Assembly: GCA_964016885.1 (NCBI GenBank)
Contig: OZ024743.1
Span: 282,720,001-282,784,000, forward strand
DNA length: 64,000 nt
From: Eledone cirrhosa
Taxonomy: Eukaryota
Direction of reading: 5' to 3'
This document shows positions 11,066 to 23,385 of this stretch, one piece after another. A program made the position numbers and the translations under genes. Each line of letters opens with the position of its first letter. The first letter of the stretch is position 1. Below the pieces are notes generated by a model. The model saw nothing but the letters and a program-made list of their open reading frames with translations. It did no database searches and was not told the DNA's origin.

Positions 11066-11575
11066 TATTTTTTTTCCTCCTTTCGTGGATCGTAGTTGTC
11101 TCCCCTTCCCGCTTAGTGACGCTATAACACTTCCTCAGTCAAAAACTGCTGGAATTTCAAATTTGCCGGTCATTCGATGCGGGAAGGAGCAACTTAACGG
11201 ACATGATTTTTAACCGTGGTAAGAAATGTTTTTCTTATATCAAGGTTTAATGGGCTTCCACTGATGATTTATAAGCGCCCACCTAAATATATTCTTACAT
11301 GAATGTATATTAGGCTTCTACATAAACTGGAAATATTCTCCGAATTTGTAGAAAACTTATAATGAAACAATTGTTTGGAAAGAGAGATATATTTTAACTT
11401 TAATTATATCTCATAAAATAATACAACTGGCTTTTCCACATAATACATATTGTTAGCACCCCAAACACTTAAATTGGGTTTATATTAAAATATAACCTAA
11501 TGTTTGTTGAGTGTGATGGTTACCAGTCAGAGATTAGCTTTAAACTATCTCTGTTATTGTATTAATTATATATAT

Positions 11576-12021
11576 CATCATCATCAACGTTTAACGTCCG
11601 TGTTCCACGCTTGCATGGGTTTGGACGGGGGTAGTCCCACTTGAGGCAAGAGTGATTGTCTTGCTCGCATAGGACTGTCTGGCAGGTTTTCTACAGTTGG
11701 ATGCCCTTCCTAACACCAACCACATTTACAGTGTGGGTCTGGGAGGTTTTTACCGTGTTGCCTACACGGCCACATTACAGCGTGGACTGTGTGTTTTTTT
11801 GTCGTGACACCTACACGATCTCATTTGTTTCGGCCTCGATGGCGCAGCACCAACATAACTTTACATAGAACGGGGTGGTGTGGATGGGGTGGGGGTGGGG
11901 TGGTGGGACGGGGGTGGGTTTTGTTAGAGATGCCTACTGGCTGGAGTAGGTTTTACTATATATTTAGGTAAGGCGGGTCTTCTCTGTTACTGAGTACCGC
12001 CAAAGGTCTCGGTCCAGTGAC
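11576..12021 (-). mobile_element. RTE LINE 3' end, 5'-truncated
   Basis: It matches the 3' UTR and ORF end of 34217-34620 and the reverse complement of 17795-18246. (GAT)n tail; sits in (TA)n. Confidence 0.88.
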
Positions 12022-12053
<32 letters not shown>

Positions 12054-12539
12054 TCACACACACATATATATATACACACACATACATACACACATATACA
12101 TATACACATACATACATACACATATGCATACAGGATTTAAGGTCAAGGGTATACGAGAGAGAGTGGAGCAAGGCCACTATGTAATGGAGCTGTAGTTGCT
12201 CAGGTAATAATAGATATTGTTTAATGTCTATTCTTATACAGAAACTGCATAATTTGGCAGCTGCAGCTTAAAAAAAAATCTGTCTCCCCTATACTCAAAT
12301 TTAGAGCACGTTAGGGGTTGGTAAATATTCTGAAGGATGTCTTGGTTCTAGTTCATAATTAGCTTTGTTTTTACGAATGTTTGGAATCCAATGGTCTTAT
12401 CCACTAGGTGTTTTCTTTATTGGTGGTTTCATTTTCTGAGTATTATTTACGTATAGGGCATCTGAGGATTGCTTTGCATTTGCTGTGGGTGTGTATGCAT
12501 TCAAATTTGTGTTTTGATGGCGCTACATGCTTGTGCATT

Positions 12540-12575
<36 letters not shown>

Positions 12576-12584
<9 letters not shown>

Positions 12585-12945
12585 TGTAAGCTATCGCCGT
12601 ATTTTGACTAAAGAAATTAAAGAAATAATTTAGCCTGATAGTGGGGTTAAGAACCCTCGGAGAAATGGAAAAAGATGAGTATTGACATACATGGGAGTCG
12701 AACTCACATCTTTGGTTATCCGGACCACTGTGCTACCATTTACACCAACACATCATCCGGATAACCAAAGATGTGGGTTCGACTCCCATGTACGTCAATA
12801 CTCATCTTTTTCCATTTCTCCGAGGGTTCTTAACCCCACTATCAGGCTAAATAATTTCTTTAATTTCTTTAGTCAAAATACGGCAATAGCTAACATTTCT
12901 AATAATTTCAAATCCACTCGCTGTTTCGAAAATATTCTTACTTGA
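12576..12945. mobile_element. Head-to-head hairpin element with a tRNA-like head and a ~40-nt one-sided tail
   Basis: 149-bp arms at 12576-12724 and 12756-12904 with few mismatches, a 31-nt loop, and a tail at 12905-12945. (TA)n lies on both sides. Confidence 0.8.
12682..12755 (-). pseudogene. tRNA-like sequence (SINE-type Pol III head), not a canonical tRNA
   Basis: The minus strand reads TGATGTG TTG GTGT AAATGGTA GCAC AG TGGT CCGGATA ACCA AAGAT GTGAG TTCGACT CCCAT G TATGTCA A. It has an A box, D arm, anticodon-like arm, TTCGA T-loop/B box and an acceptor-like stem rich in G-U pairs. Confidence 0.7.
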
Positions 12946-13248
12946 TATATATATATATTAATATATTAATATATATTAATATATATTAATATATATATAT
13001 TAATATATATATATAAATATATATAAATATATATATATAAATATATATAAATATATATATATAAATATATATAAATATATATATATATAAATATATATTA
13101 ATATATATATATATAAATATATATTAATATATATATATATAAATATATATTAATATATATATATAAATATATATTAATATATATATATATTAATATATAT
13201 ATATATATATTAATATATATATATTAATATATATATATATATATATTA

Positions 13249-13320
<72 letters not shown>

Positions 13321-13493
13321 TATATATTAATATATATATATAAATATATATAAATATATATATATAAATATATATAAATATATATATATAAATATATATA
13401 AATATATATAAATATATATATATAAATATATATAAATATATATATATAAATATATATAAATATATATAAATATATATAAATATATATAAATAT

Positions 13494-13530
<37 letters not shown>

Positions 13531-13549
13531 AATATATATATATTAATAT

Positions 13550-13586
<37 letters not shown>

Positions 13587-13605
13587 AATATATATATATT
13601 AATAT

Positions 13606-13642
<37 letters not shown>

Positions 13643-13661
13643 AATATATATATATTAATAT

Positions 13662-13716
<55 letters not shown>

Positions 13717-13735
13717 AATATATATATATTAATAT

Positions 13736-13772
<37 letters not shown>

Positions 13773-13791
13773 AATATATATATATTAATAT

Positions 13792-13824
<33 letters not shown>

Positions 13825-13843
13825 AATATATATATATTAATAT

Positions 13844-13900
<57 letters not shown>

Positions 13901-13919
13901 AATATATATATATTAATAT

Positions 13920-13950
<31 letters not shown>

Positions 13951-13951
13951 A

Positions 13952-13984
<33 letters not shown>

Positions 13985-14063
13985 AATATATATTAATATA
14001 TATATAAATATATATAAATATATATATATAAATATATATTAATATATATATAAATATATATTA

Positions 14064-14094
<31 letters not shown>

Positions 14095-14102
14095 AATATA
14101 TA

Positions 14103-14138
<36 letters not shown>

Positions 14139-14142
14139 TATA

Positions 14143-14178
<36 letters not shown>

Positions 14179-14185
14179 TATATTA

Positions 14186-14218
<33 letters not shown>

Positions 14219-14226
14219 AATATATA

Positions 14227-14262
<36 letters not shown>

Positions 14263-14266
14263 TATA

Positions 14267-14310
<44 letters not shown>

Positions 14311-14314
14311 TATA

Positions 14315-14373
<59 letters not shown>

Positions 14374-14823
14374 TAATATATATATATTAATATATATATA
14401 TATATATATATTAATATATATATATTAATATATATATATATATATATATTAATATATATATATTAATATATATATTAATATATATATATATATTAATATA
14501 TATATATTTATATATTAATATATATATATTAATATATATATTAATATATATATATATATATATATATTAATATATATATATTAATATATATATATATATA
14601 TATTAATATATATATATTAATATATATTAATATATATATATTAATATATATTAATATATATATATTAATATATATATATTAATATATATTAATATATATA
14701 TATATATATTAATATATATTAATATATATATATATATATTAATATATATTAATATATATATATATATATTAATATATATATATTAATATATATATATTAA
14801 TATATATATATTAATATATATTA

Positions 14824-14866
<43 letters not shown>

Positions 14867-14874
14867 TATATATT

Positions 14875-14969
<95 letters not shown>
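12946..14969. repeat. ~2.0-kb pure A/T compound microsatellite, (TA)n punctuated by AAA and TTAA
   Basis: No G or C seen across about 2 kb. ATAAAT and ATTAAT phase shifts recur. Confidence 0.97.
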
Positions 14970-14971
<2 letters not shown>

Positions 14972-15204
14972 GGTAGTTATTGAGGGGGAGTAGACTGGTT
15001 GGAGCAATAATGGTCTTATTTACATATACACATAATATATTTATAGATTATCGTCATCAGCATTTGATGTCCAGTTTTCCATGCTGGTATGAGTGGGGTG
15101 GGTTGTCACTTGCTCGTTCCTTCATTCATTCATTCATTCACACACACAAAATGTTGTATAGAAATTGAGAAGAAGCAGATAGAGAACTGAGAACATTGGA
15201 GAAT

Positions 15205-15380
15205 AATTGTTTCTACTTTTGGCACAAGGCCAACAATTACTCAGTGTATCACTGGTACTTTATTTTATCGACCCCGTAAGAATGAAAGGCAAAGTTAACC
15301 TCGGCGGGATTTGAACTCAGAATGGCAAGGGCCGTACCTCTATGCATCAAAGCATGGCGTCTGACCCTCTACCGATACTG
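15205..15380 (-). mobile_element. tRNA-derived SINE (family A)
   Basis: Closely matches 40934-41120, including B box GAGTTCAAATCC and the GCCTTTCAT.CTTACGGGGTCGATAAAAT domain. Older copies lie near 2115-2330, 4540-4740, 19185-19320, 31320-31480, 43620-43760 and 54470-54600. Confidence 0.85.
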
Positions 15381-15539
15381 CCTCTCTACTCATTGACTTT
15401 AGCAAATCATAGATTTTTTTTTTTAACATTGGAAATTGTTTTAAGCAAAACAGCTTCTAATCTTGACAACATCTAATTTTCAGACATTGACCTACTTAAC
15501 CTTTAGAATGAATCTAAAACACACACACAGACACTTGTT

Positions 15540-15571
<32 letters not shown>

Positions 15572-16344
15572 CTGAAGTTGAATAAGTCACTAAAGTTCTT
15601 GGTAAGTCAGTAAAATTATATTTCTTATATTGCAGAACTCACTTTTATTTTAACAGAAATATATGAACAAAAATAATTGAAATAAAATTGAATTTTTACT
15701 TGGTCAAAATGACAAGGGAAAAAAAATTAATCCAATAAGATCGAAATTCTTTTCTACAAGCTGTCAGATTACACTGCTTCATATCAGAAGACAGATTTTC
15801 CAAATAAAAGCAACTAAAAGTTAGAAACATGAAAACTCTCTGATATAGGAAATTGTCAAACAATGCTCTCCCTCTCTCTGTGATAAACAAGAGTTTCTAA
15901 GAAAAATGTTGCTTTCTCTTGGATACTTAACTGAAGATAAGCCTATAGTTTTCAGGAAGTTATCCCATTATTTTGTTGACGTGATGAAATTTGTTTCATC
16001 TCACTTGAAATTTAAAAAATAAATAAAAATTCACGTAATTCATGTATTCATGTAATTAATTCTTTTAAAAACCTAAGTACATATTAATTTTTATGACCAT
16101 CATTGAAATCCTAGCATGTTAAATTTTACAGGAAAGTTTTCTCTTTAACTTTTATTTGTTTTATTAAACAGATGGAAAACTTTCAACTTAGGGAAATGGG
16201 ATATAATATGTTATTCATGTTTTAGAAAATAGCTGAAATTCTGTACATTTTACAGAGAAAATTACATGCATAAGGCTACACATGCAAACCTCATAGGAAA
16301 GGAACTTATGAAACTGATTTGAGTTTGAAAATTACCAAATCAAT

Positions 16345-16614
16345 TACAGCATATACTCAAATATAAGCCAACCCCTATTAATCTGAAACAAAATGAGAAA
16401 GAGAGAGAGAAACACGCAAAAATCCAAACCTTGTGTTTAAACCAAGATGTTTAGATGGTGTGGTTTTGAAATTCTCATGAGTGGAGAATATATATATATT
16501 AAGTTTTAATATTTTTAATATTTTAAGTGTTGTTTAGAGTATAATTTTTGTTTAACAAGCCCATTGCGTAATCATTTTACCAATTTCCAACCATTTTGAA
16601 GAACATATTCATTC

Positions 16615-16682
<68 letters not shown>

Positions 16683-16847
16683 AAGGAAAAACAAATTTCA
16701 CCTTCGAAAGTAAAAAATATTTTAGCATCTCATTTATGTAGAATTTGAAGTTAGTGAAAAATCGGCAAAATACTGACCCTGAATATAAACTGACCCTCCC
16801 TGCATTTTACCATCAATTTCTCATCTTATAAACAAGTATATATAGTA
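16345..16847. mobile_element. pogo/Tigger-like MITE with internal (CA)n
   Basis: TIR-like ends TACAGCATATACTCAAATATAAGCC and CTTATAAACAAGTATATATAGTA. Homologous to 401-874. Confidence 0.65.
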
Positions 16848-17501
16848 ATTGGCAAAAGATGAAAATACTAATACTAGTAAACAAAGACAAACCACTTCGT
16901 AAAAACGTTTAAACATTGAAATTTCCAGAATATAGGGGCAAAAACAGAAAACTATGTTGCATATGATATAGTGATAGGAAAAATATCAGTACATTCAATA
17001 AGATGCTACCAAGTTTGTATGAATGTAAAAGCCAAACTCTCCTCAATCAACAGTTCTGTATATACAAGGCAAAAATAGAAAAACTAAAACTAATAATCCT
17101 TCAAATTTATTGAACAAAAAAAAAAAAAAAATTGTAGTATTCATTCCTTTATGAAAAACAGTAGTTAGTAATGCAGTTTTAATTGGGAGTCAAAATTTCA
17201 TTTTAAAAAATTCTTCTTCACCTACATATTCCTGAAAGGGTTGTAGAGTAAGAACAAAATCAATTATTGATTCCCCTTATTATACCATGTTTATTTATGG
17301 ATGTCTTTGTGCTGAAAGAAATGTTCATAATAGAGAGTCCTTTGCTAGAACAGAAGTCTAATAAGACCTCTCCATTCATATTTAGATCAGGGTTGCCGTT
17401 CTTACCCATCATTCCTTTCTATGCCAGGGCAGAGCTGTTCTGCTAAAGAACAGGTCGCACGTGGCAGATATGATGGTTAGTTGCGATATGTGAGGATATA
17501 T

Positions 17502-18246
17502 GCAGACTGGAGAGGAACAAAGCTTGCATGCTCCGTTGGATGTGTAATAGTAATATACGTGAACGGCAAAGCATAAACGAACTAAGAGAGAAATTAGGAA
17601 TAAGAGGGATCAGATGTTTACTCGAGAGAAGACTACATTGGTACGGTCACGTGATGCGCATGAAAGACGACAGCTGTATAAAAAAGTGCAGGGCGATAAA
17701 AATAGACGGTAGCCACGGAGTAGGCAGACCCAGAAAAACCTGGGACGACTTGATAAATTCCGACCTCACACACTTACACCTCTCCAAGACAATGTCACTG
17801 GACCGAGATCTTTGGCGCTACACAGTAATACAGAAGACCCGCCTTGCCTAAGTACAAAGCGAAACCTACAGTCAGTAGGCACCTCTAACAAAAATACACC
17901 CCTGTCCCACTACCCCCACCCTATCCACACCACCCCCTTCAATGTGAAGTTATGTACCACAACATCCAGTCTGAAACAAATGAGGTCGTGTAGGTGTCAC
18001 AACAAAAAAAACACACAGTCCACGCTGTAATATGACCGTGTAGGTAACACGGTAAAAACCTCCCAGTCCACACTGTAAACGTGGTTGGTGTTAGGAAGGG
18101 CATCCAACCATAGAAAACCCGCCAGACAGTCCTATACGAGCAGGACAACCAATCTTGCTTCAAGTGGGAAACTCCCGTCCAAACCCATGCAAGCGTGGAA
18201 GATGGACGTTAAACGATTATGATCATGATGATGATGATGATGATAA
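17502..18246 (+). mobile_element. RTE LINE 3' fragment (ORF C-terminus plus 3' UTR)
   Basis: ORF 17528-17851 (MLRWMCNSNIRERQSINELREKLGIRGIRC...WYGHVMRM...GRPRKTW) is nearly identical to 34587-34961. (GAT)n tail. Confidence 0.93.
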
Positions 18247-20550
18247 TCAGTGGGCAGCTGCCAGATGAATAAGCAAATCTGGACCAACAGCGGTAAACTA
18301 CTAGGGAAGATGGAGCAATGGGTGACACCTGCAGCTCCTAAGAAAACTCTCACAACCCAGTGATGTAGCTATGATGAGGCGAGTAAAGGCCACCTCTAAA
18401 AAAGCCTAGTCTTTGTGGGTTTGAGAAAGTACCAGATCGGTGCCTGGCACGAACAAGACCACCAAAACTGCAACATGGTAAGAAGAACAAAAAAGAACCA
18501 TACCGCATCACTCTTCACGTGGGTTAACAAGGGATGCGTTCAGAGGCTTTAGGTAGAGGGGCTATTCAAAAAATATACTGCAGTCTCCATTTTAAAAAAC
18601 TGGACACCAAAACCTTATATATTATTTAATGCAATAAAAATTTTGATTTTCTGCACTCTGAGTTCAAGTCCTATCAAAGTTAACTTTATCAACTCCAAAA
18701 GGATGAGAGTAAAGAACCAGGCTATGGTGGTGGCTTGGTGGAATTGTTTGAGCATTAGACTGGATGCCTTGAGATATCTGTTCTGGTTCTGTGTTCAAAT
18801 CCTATCTCCTGTCACTGGGAAAATGCTGATATTTATTGTTTTATGAACCAACAGAGGATCCATCATAACACTTTTATAAATATGAGCACCATTAACATTG
18901 GATCGAAGAGGGCATGTTTGGAAAGCTTTGGGTTTCAAGTAATGAATTATGAACATGTCTTATTATTACTTCTACTGTGTTGCAGCCTTCGCTGTAATCT
19001 GCTTGACTGGCAATATGTATGTGTGTATCCATAACTCCTGATAGAGTGGTAGGGGCACTGTCATTACATACAGCATGCCTTGGACATTTAAAAACTGGCA
19101 GAGTCCATCACCTTTCCATGTCTGTACACAATCTTCCAGAGAAAAAGAGTGAAAAAGAGATATAGAAGAAGAATCGATCCTGCTATACTCTTTTTATCAA
19201 CCTTGAAAGGATAAAAGGCAAAGTTAAACTTCGCATGATTTGAACTTAGAGAATGCAGAGAACCGAAATGAATATAAAAAGGCATTCTATCTGACATTCT
19301 AATGACTTTGCCAATTCAACACCTGATTGGCAATAATTATCACTCATACTTCTCTGTAGGTGTGGTTAGTCCAAGGAAGGGCATCCAACTGTACAAATAA
19401 CAGTTCCAATAAAATGCAAATACCCACATTTTCAACAACAAAGACTGCTCCCAGAAAATAAATGACTTAGAATGAAAACTATGTGAATAAATAAATGAAA
19501 TGCCACAGTAGCAAAATTTCAAAATAATTTCAAGTGATAGAAATATTCAACAAACCTAAAGATATATTTCATAATCTCAAATACATAATAGGAAATGTTT
19601 TAAAAGGTTTATAATTTAAATGATATCCTCAAACCAAAATAAATATTCTTTCTAGCTTTTATTAACAAATACCTTAAAACAAAAAAACAATGAATATTCT
19701 TTCTACCTTTTATTAATAGATAAATTAACTGATTAAATTATCACTTAACAATTGAGAAATAGGTTAACCCCCATTTCATGGATAAATACAAATAAAAAAT
19801 ATCCCAAGGTGAGGGCAAAATGAAAACAGTTAAGTATCTTAATCTGAGTAGCGCAACAAAAGCAAGCTAGCTCATAATCAATATGTCTCAATAACAGATC
19901 AAAGTGGTGATAATGTTTGCAAATAGATTGATTAGATAAGCTTACATCCAAATCAAAGAAATATGTTATGGTTAAAACGCAGTTATGTTCTAGTCATATT
20001 CAAAACTGAAATATTAGATACCAATCATGATAATTATAACAAATGATTAGAGAGTAATCAGAAAATATAAGTTTATACTTATATTTCATAGATATTTAAA
20101 CAAAACATTGTATATAAAATACCAAAACAACCAAGATAAGAGGACTATTCTGAATAATCGCATAATATATTGCGCAATATTACTAACAATATTTTTTACT
20201 ATCAACAACTACTGAATAATTATCAGCTTTACATCTGTTTTTCCGTGCAAGCATGGATTCCATAAGAGTTTTTGAGGTAGAATTCTACTGCAGGATCTAG
20301 TTTACAATGTACTCAACCCTTATGTGATCATTCAAAATACTAATGATTGTCAAATTTCCATCAAATTAAACCCCACTATCTTAAAAAGTGGAAAGACATA
20401 ATATAATTTTATATATTCCCCCAAAACATGGGATGAAGATTGCTTAAATATCAAGAATGTGTAACTAAAACATGGCTAGAAGATTGCTTAAATATCAAGA
20501 ATGTGTAACTAAATATAATATACATAATTTGTCAATAGTAATCTTCCTGG

Positions 20551-20728
20551 TTAACTCTTTTTATCATTTACATTACTTTATATTACTTTATATTTACTAT
20601 TGTATTTTCGTGGTAAAGGCTTTATCTCGCATAATATCGAATCTATGAGATTTTGATATTATTGATTTTGAGAACAATATCTTGAGAATTCTGGCCGGAT
20701 ACAGCCAGATTAAATGCTAAAGGGTTAA
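20551..20728. mobile_element. piggyBac-like MITE, internally deleted, opposite orientation to its neighbour
   Basis: TTAA at both ends and a TAAATGCTAAAGGG TIR. Confidence 0.8.
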
Positions 20729-20981
20729 ATTGAAAGTGTAAGGGTAAATTTTTAAGCTACCTGTAAAGGATTAAATAGGTCATAAAATAACTATTTAAAA
20801 TATGTAATTGCTTGATTAACATAAAATAGTATCAAATAATTTGCAACCAATTTTAAAATGTCAACCATTTATTGGTATTCAGATAAATTGGATCTTGTAT
20901 TTATCCTTGCTTGTGGACAAACAGTATATATGTTTCTTTCATATCTATCATTTGTAAGTAATAAATAAAAAATATATACTC

Positions 20982-21195
20982 TTAACCCTTTAGCATTGAA
21001 ACCGGCTATATCTGGCCAGAATTCTCTCTCCTCTTTCTGTTCAAACCAGCTGTAATTGGCCACACATACTGATGTTACGGTATTGTTCTCAAAATAAATA
21101 ATATCAAGGTCTCATAGATTTGATATTATGTGAGATAAAGCCTTTACTGTGAAAATATAATAGTATATAGAGTAATGTAAATGCTAAAGAGTTAA
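20982..21195. mobile_element. piggyBac-like MITE (~210 bp)
   Basis: TTAA-CCCTTTAGCATT ... AATGCTAAAGAG-TTAA. A TTAA TSD and CCC termini are piggyBac hallmarks. Confidence 0.88.
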
Positions 21196-23209
21196 GATAT
21201 TTTAGGTATACATTTTAAATTGAAAAAACCTTTTCACCAGGTTGAAAACAGTGAAGACAAGTGGTTTAGTGGTTAGGATGTTGGACCGATGATCATTGGT
21301 CTGATTCCTGGACCAAGCAGTGCATTGTGTTCTAAAGCATGTTGCTTTTCATGATAGGAGCCCCTATCATTAAAACACTCAATAAACCTCCTATGGGATA
21401 CAACCTCAAAAAAACGCCAGCTAAACCGCACCCTCCTCGTAAAAATAAATAAATAAATAAAAAAACAGTGAAACAAAAATTTTAAAACCAAAAAATAAAT
21501 GATGAATGTAAAGTTAGTTTTCATGTGCTTTTGACTGACAAAAATGATTTTTCCAGTTTAGTAATTTAGTTTCAACACGGTCTCAGATTAAGTCACTTGT
21601 CTGACAAATACAACTGCAATATTTTAAAATAATTTCTTTAAAAAATATTCAGGTAGCTCACACTCCCCTCAGACTTTCACTCAGACAATCCAATCTGCAC
21701 TGGATTCTCAGGTGAGCTATTTCACCTCCCATAGTCCCTTACTTGCAATCTCTAGCTATAATCACTAGTCCAACTTGCCCATAACAAATTACATAAAGTC
21801 AAAGTCTTAGTTAGTGACACAACTACCCATTAAGAGTTACGAGATATTTTTATTTTAGACCCTGCTGTTTGCTGATATGGATGAGTAAGTTTAGTACACA
21901 TAGTAGTAAAAATCTATGGCCTTGTGCTCACAAAAAAAAATCAATTTTGTTTGAAGTAACAGACATTAGTGATAGGTGGAAGGACAAGAGGTGAGAGGTT
22001 GAAAGTAATGCAGTTCTACAGTGATTTATTAGATATATTATGCTCACAGCTTATACAGTGATCACAGTTTATATATTGTGATTACAGCTTATACAGTGTA
22101 ATCACAGCTTAGTGACCACAAAATTTCAAAAAAAAGCAACTAGGAATGTGCTAAAAGGTAAAAAGGTATGTTTTGACTAACACATGATCTACTCAATACA
22201 AAAATACATTAAAAAATAAATAAAACATACCACAACTTCACAATAGAAAACGTAATATGGTAATGGTCAAAAAACAAACTACAATTACTATCAGTATTAA
22301 TCAAGTATTTGAACATTTACATACATATAGGTGTTCATATATACACCTTGTAACACTTTGTTGGTAAATAAATAGTATATATTTGTAACATCAATGAAAG
22401 TATCAATAAGTGACTCCATATCACCAACAACATAAATGGTTATTGTAACAAGGTCATTGTTTTTACAGGGAAACCCTGAATCAATATATACAAATCAACA
22501 GTAACACTCCTTTTTTTTCTTTTTTTTTTGCTTCAAAGTGATATCAGTTAATTATTAGGTGATTAATAAATTGCCACATCTGTTAGAGGGTAGGACAAAA
22601 TGCCTTGTGGTATTTGTTCCAGGTCTTTGAGCTCAGAGTTCAAATTCATAGCCAATAAAATAAAGTACAAGTCCATGGTAGTGGATTGGCAACATTGTGA
22701 AAGCAATGGAGATACCTTGTGGTGTTTGTTCCAGCTATTTAGATTCTGAGTTCAAATGCTGCTGTGGCATGTTTAAGTGGTCAACTTAATCTGTCACCCA
22801 GTTAAAAACCACTATGTGGCCTTTAGATTAATAGTCCTATGCGAGCAAGACAACCACTCTTGCCTCAAGTGGGAAAACCCCCGTCCAAACCCATGCAAGC
22901 GTGGAACATGGACGCTAAACCTGATGATGATGATGATGATGATGATTTAGTGGAACTCACTCAGGTATAAACATTCAGACTAGATCTCTGGATAAAAGAT
23001 ACCTCCTTCTTTGAACTCAGAATGTGGAGAGAAAACCAAATATAGTAAGGCATTTAATCTGATATTCTAATTTTTCTGCCAACACACTGGCCTGGCAATA
23101 ATTAAATATATAAATCTTAAGTCTCAAAGAGAGGTGGTATATCTTAGTGCATAGCAATCTAACTCGAGAAAACATGGGAAATGCATGTTAAAACTATGGG
23201 GCTGGTGGT

Positions 23210-23385
23210 GAGGATGATGAGGATAATGGCAACAACCAACATGACAACAATGATGATGATGATACCAGCAAAGACGAAAACGGAGACAACAATTGCGATG
23301 ACAACGGCAACAACAACAATGATGGTGATGGTGACAATGATCACAATGCTGGTGATAATAAAAATGATGACAAAAGCAACAATGC
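23210..23385. repeat. Degenerate (GAT/CAA)n trinucleotide low-complexity tract
   Basis: Mixed GAT/GAC/CAA repeats that explain the spurious His/Met/Thr/Ile-rich ORFs in three frames. Confidence 0.85.

Noticed and set aside
11080-11145. Minus-strand CTGAGGA-AGTG..CACT hammerhead-like start
   Set aside because: It is followed by AAGC rather than GAAA, and there is no stem I partner.
12630-12670. CTGATAGT-GGGG..CCCT-CGGAGAAA as a hammerhead in the tRNA-headed hairpin
   Set aside because: Both core boxes deviate, identically in both arms, and there is no stem I or stem III.
12682-12755. Functional tRNA gene
   Set aside because: It has C rather than U at position 33, extra bases at the stem junctions and a weak acceptor stem, and it is embedded in a mobile hairpin. 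Treated as a SINE-type head.
17389-17480. Possible HDV-like ribozyme at an RTE-like 5' region (CCATCAT/ATGATGG, CCT/AGG, CTGTTCT/AGAACAG stems)
   Set aside because: P1 pairs only partially, and P1.1 and J4/2 do not fit the consensus. At best a decayed relic; it needs a family consensus.
20435-20513. 35-bp direct duplication GAAGATTGCTTAAATATCAAGAATGTGTAACTAAA
   Set aside because: A simple local duplication with no further structure.
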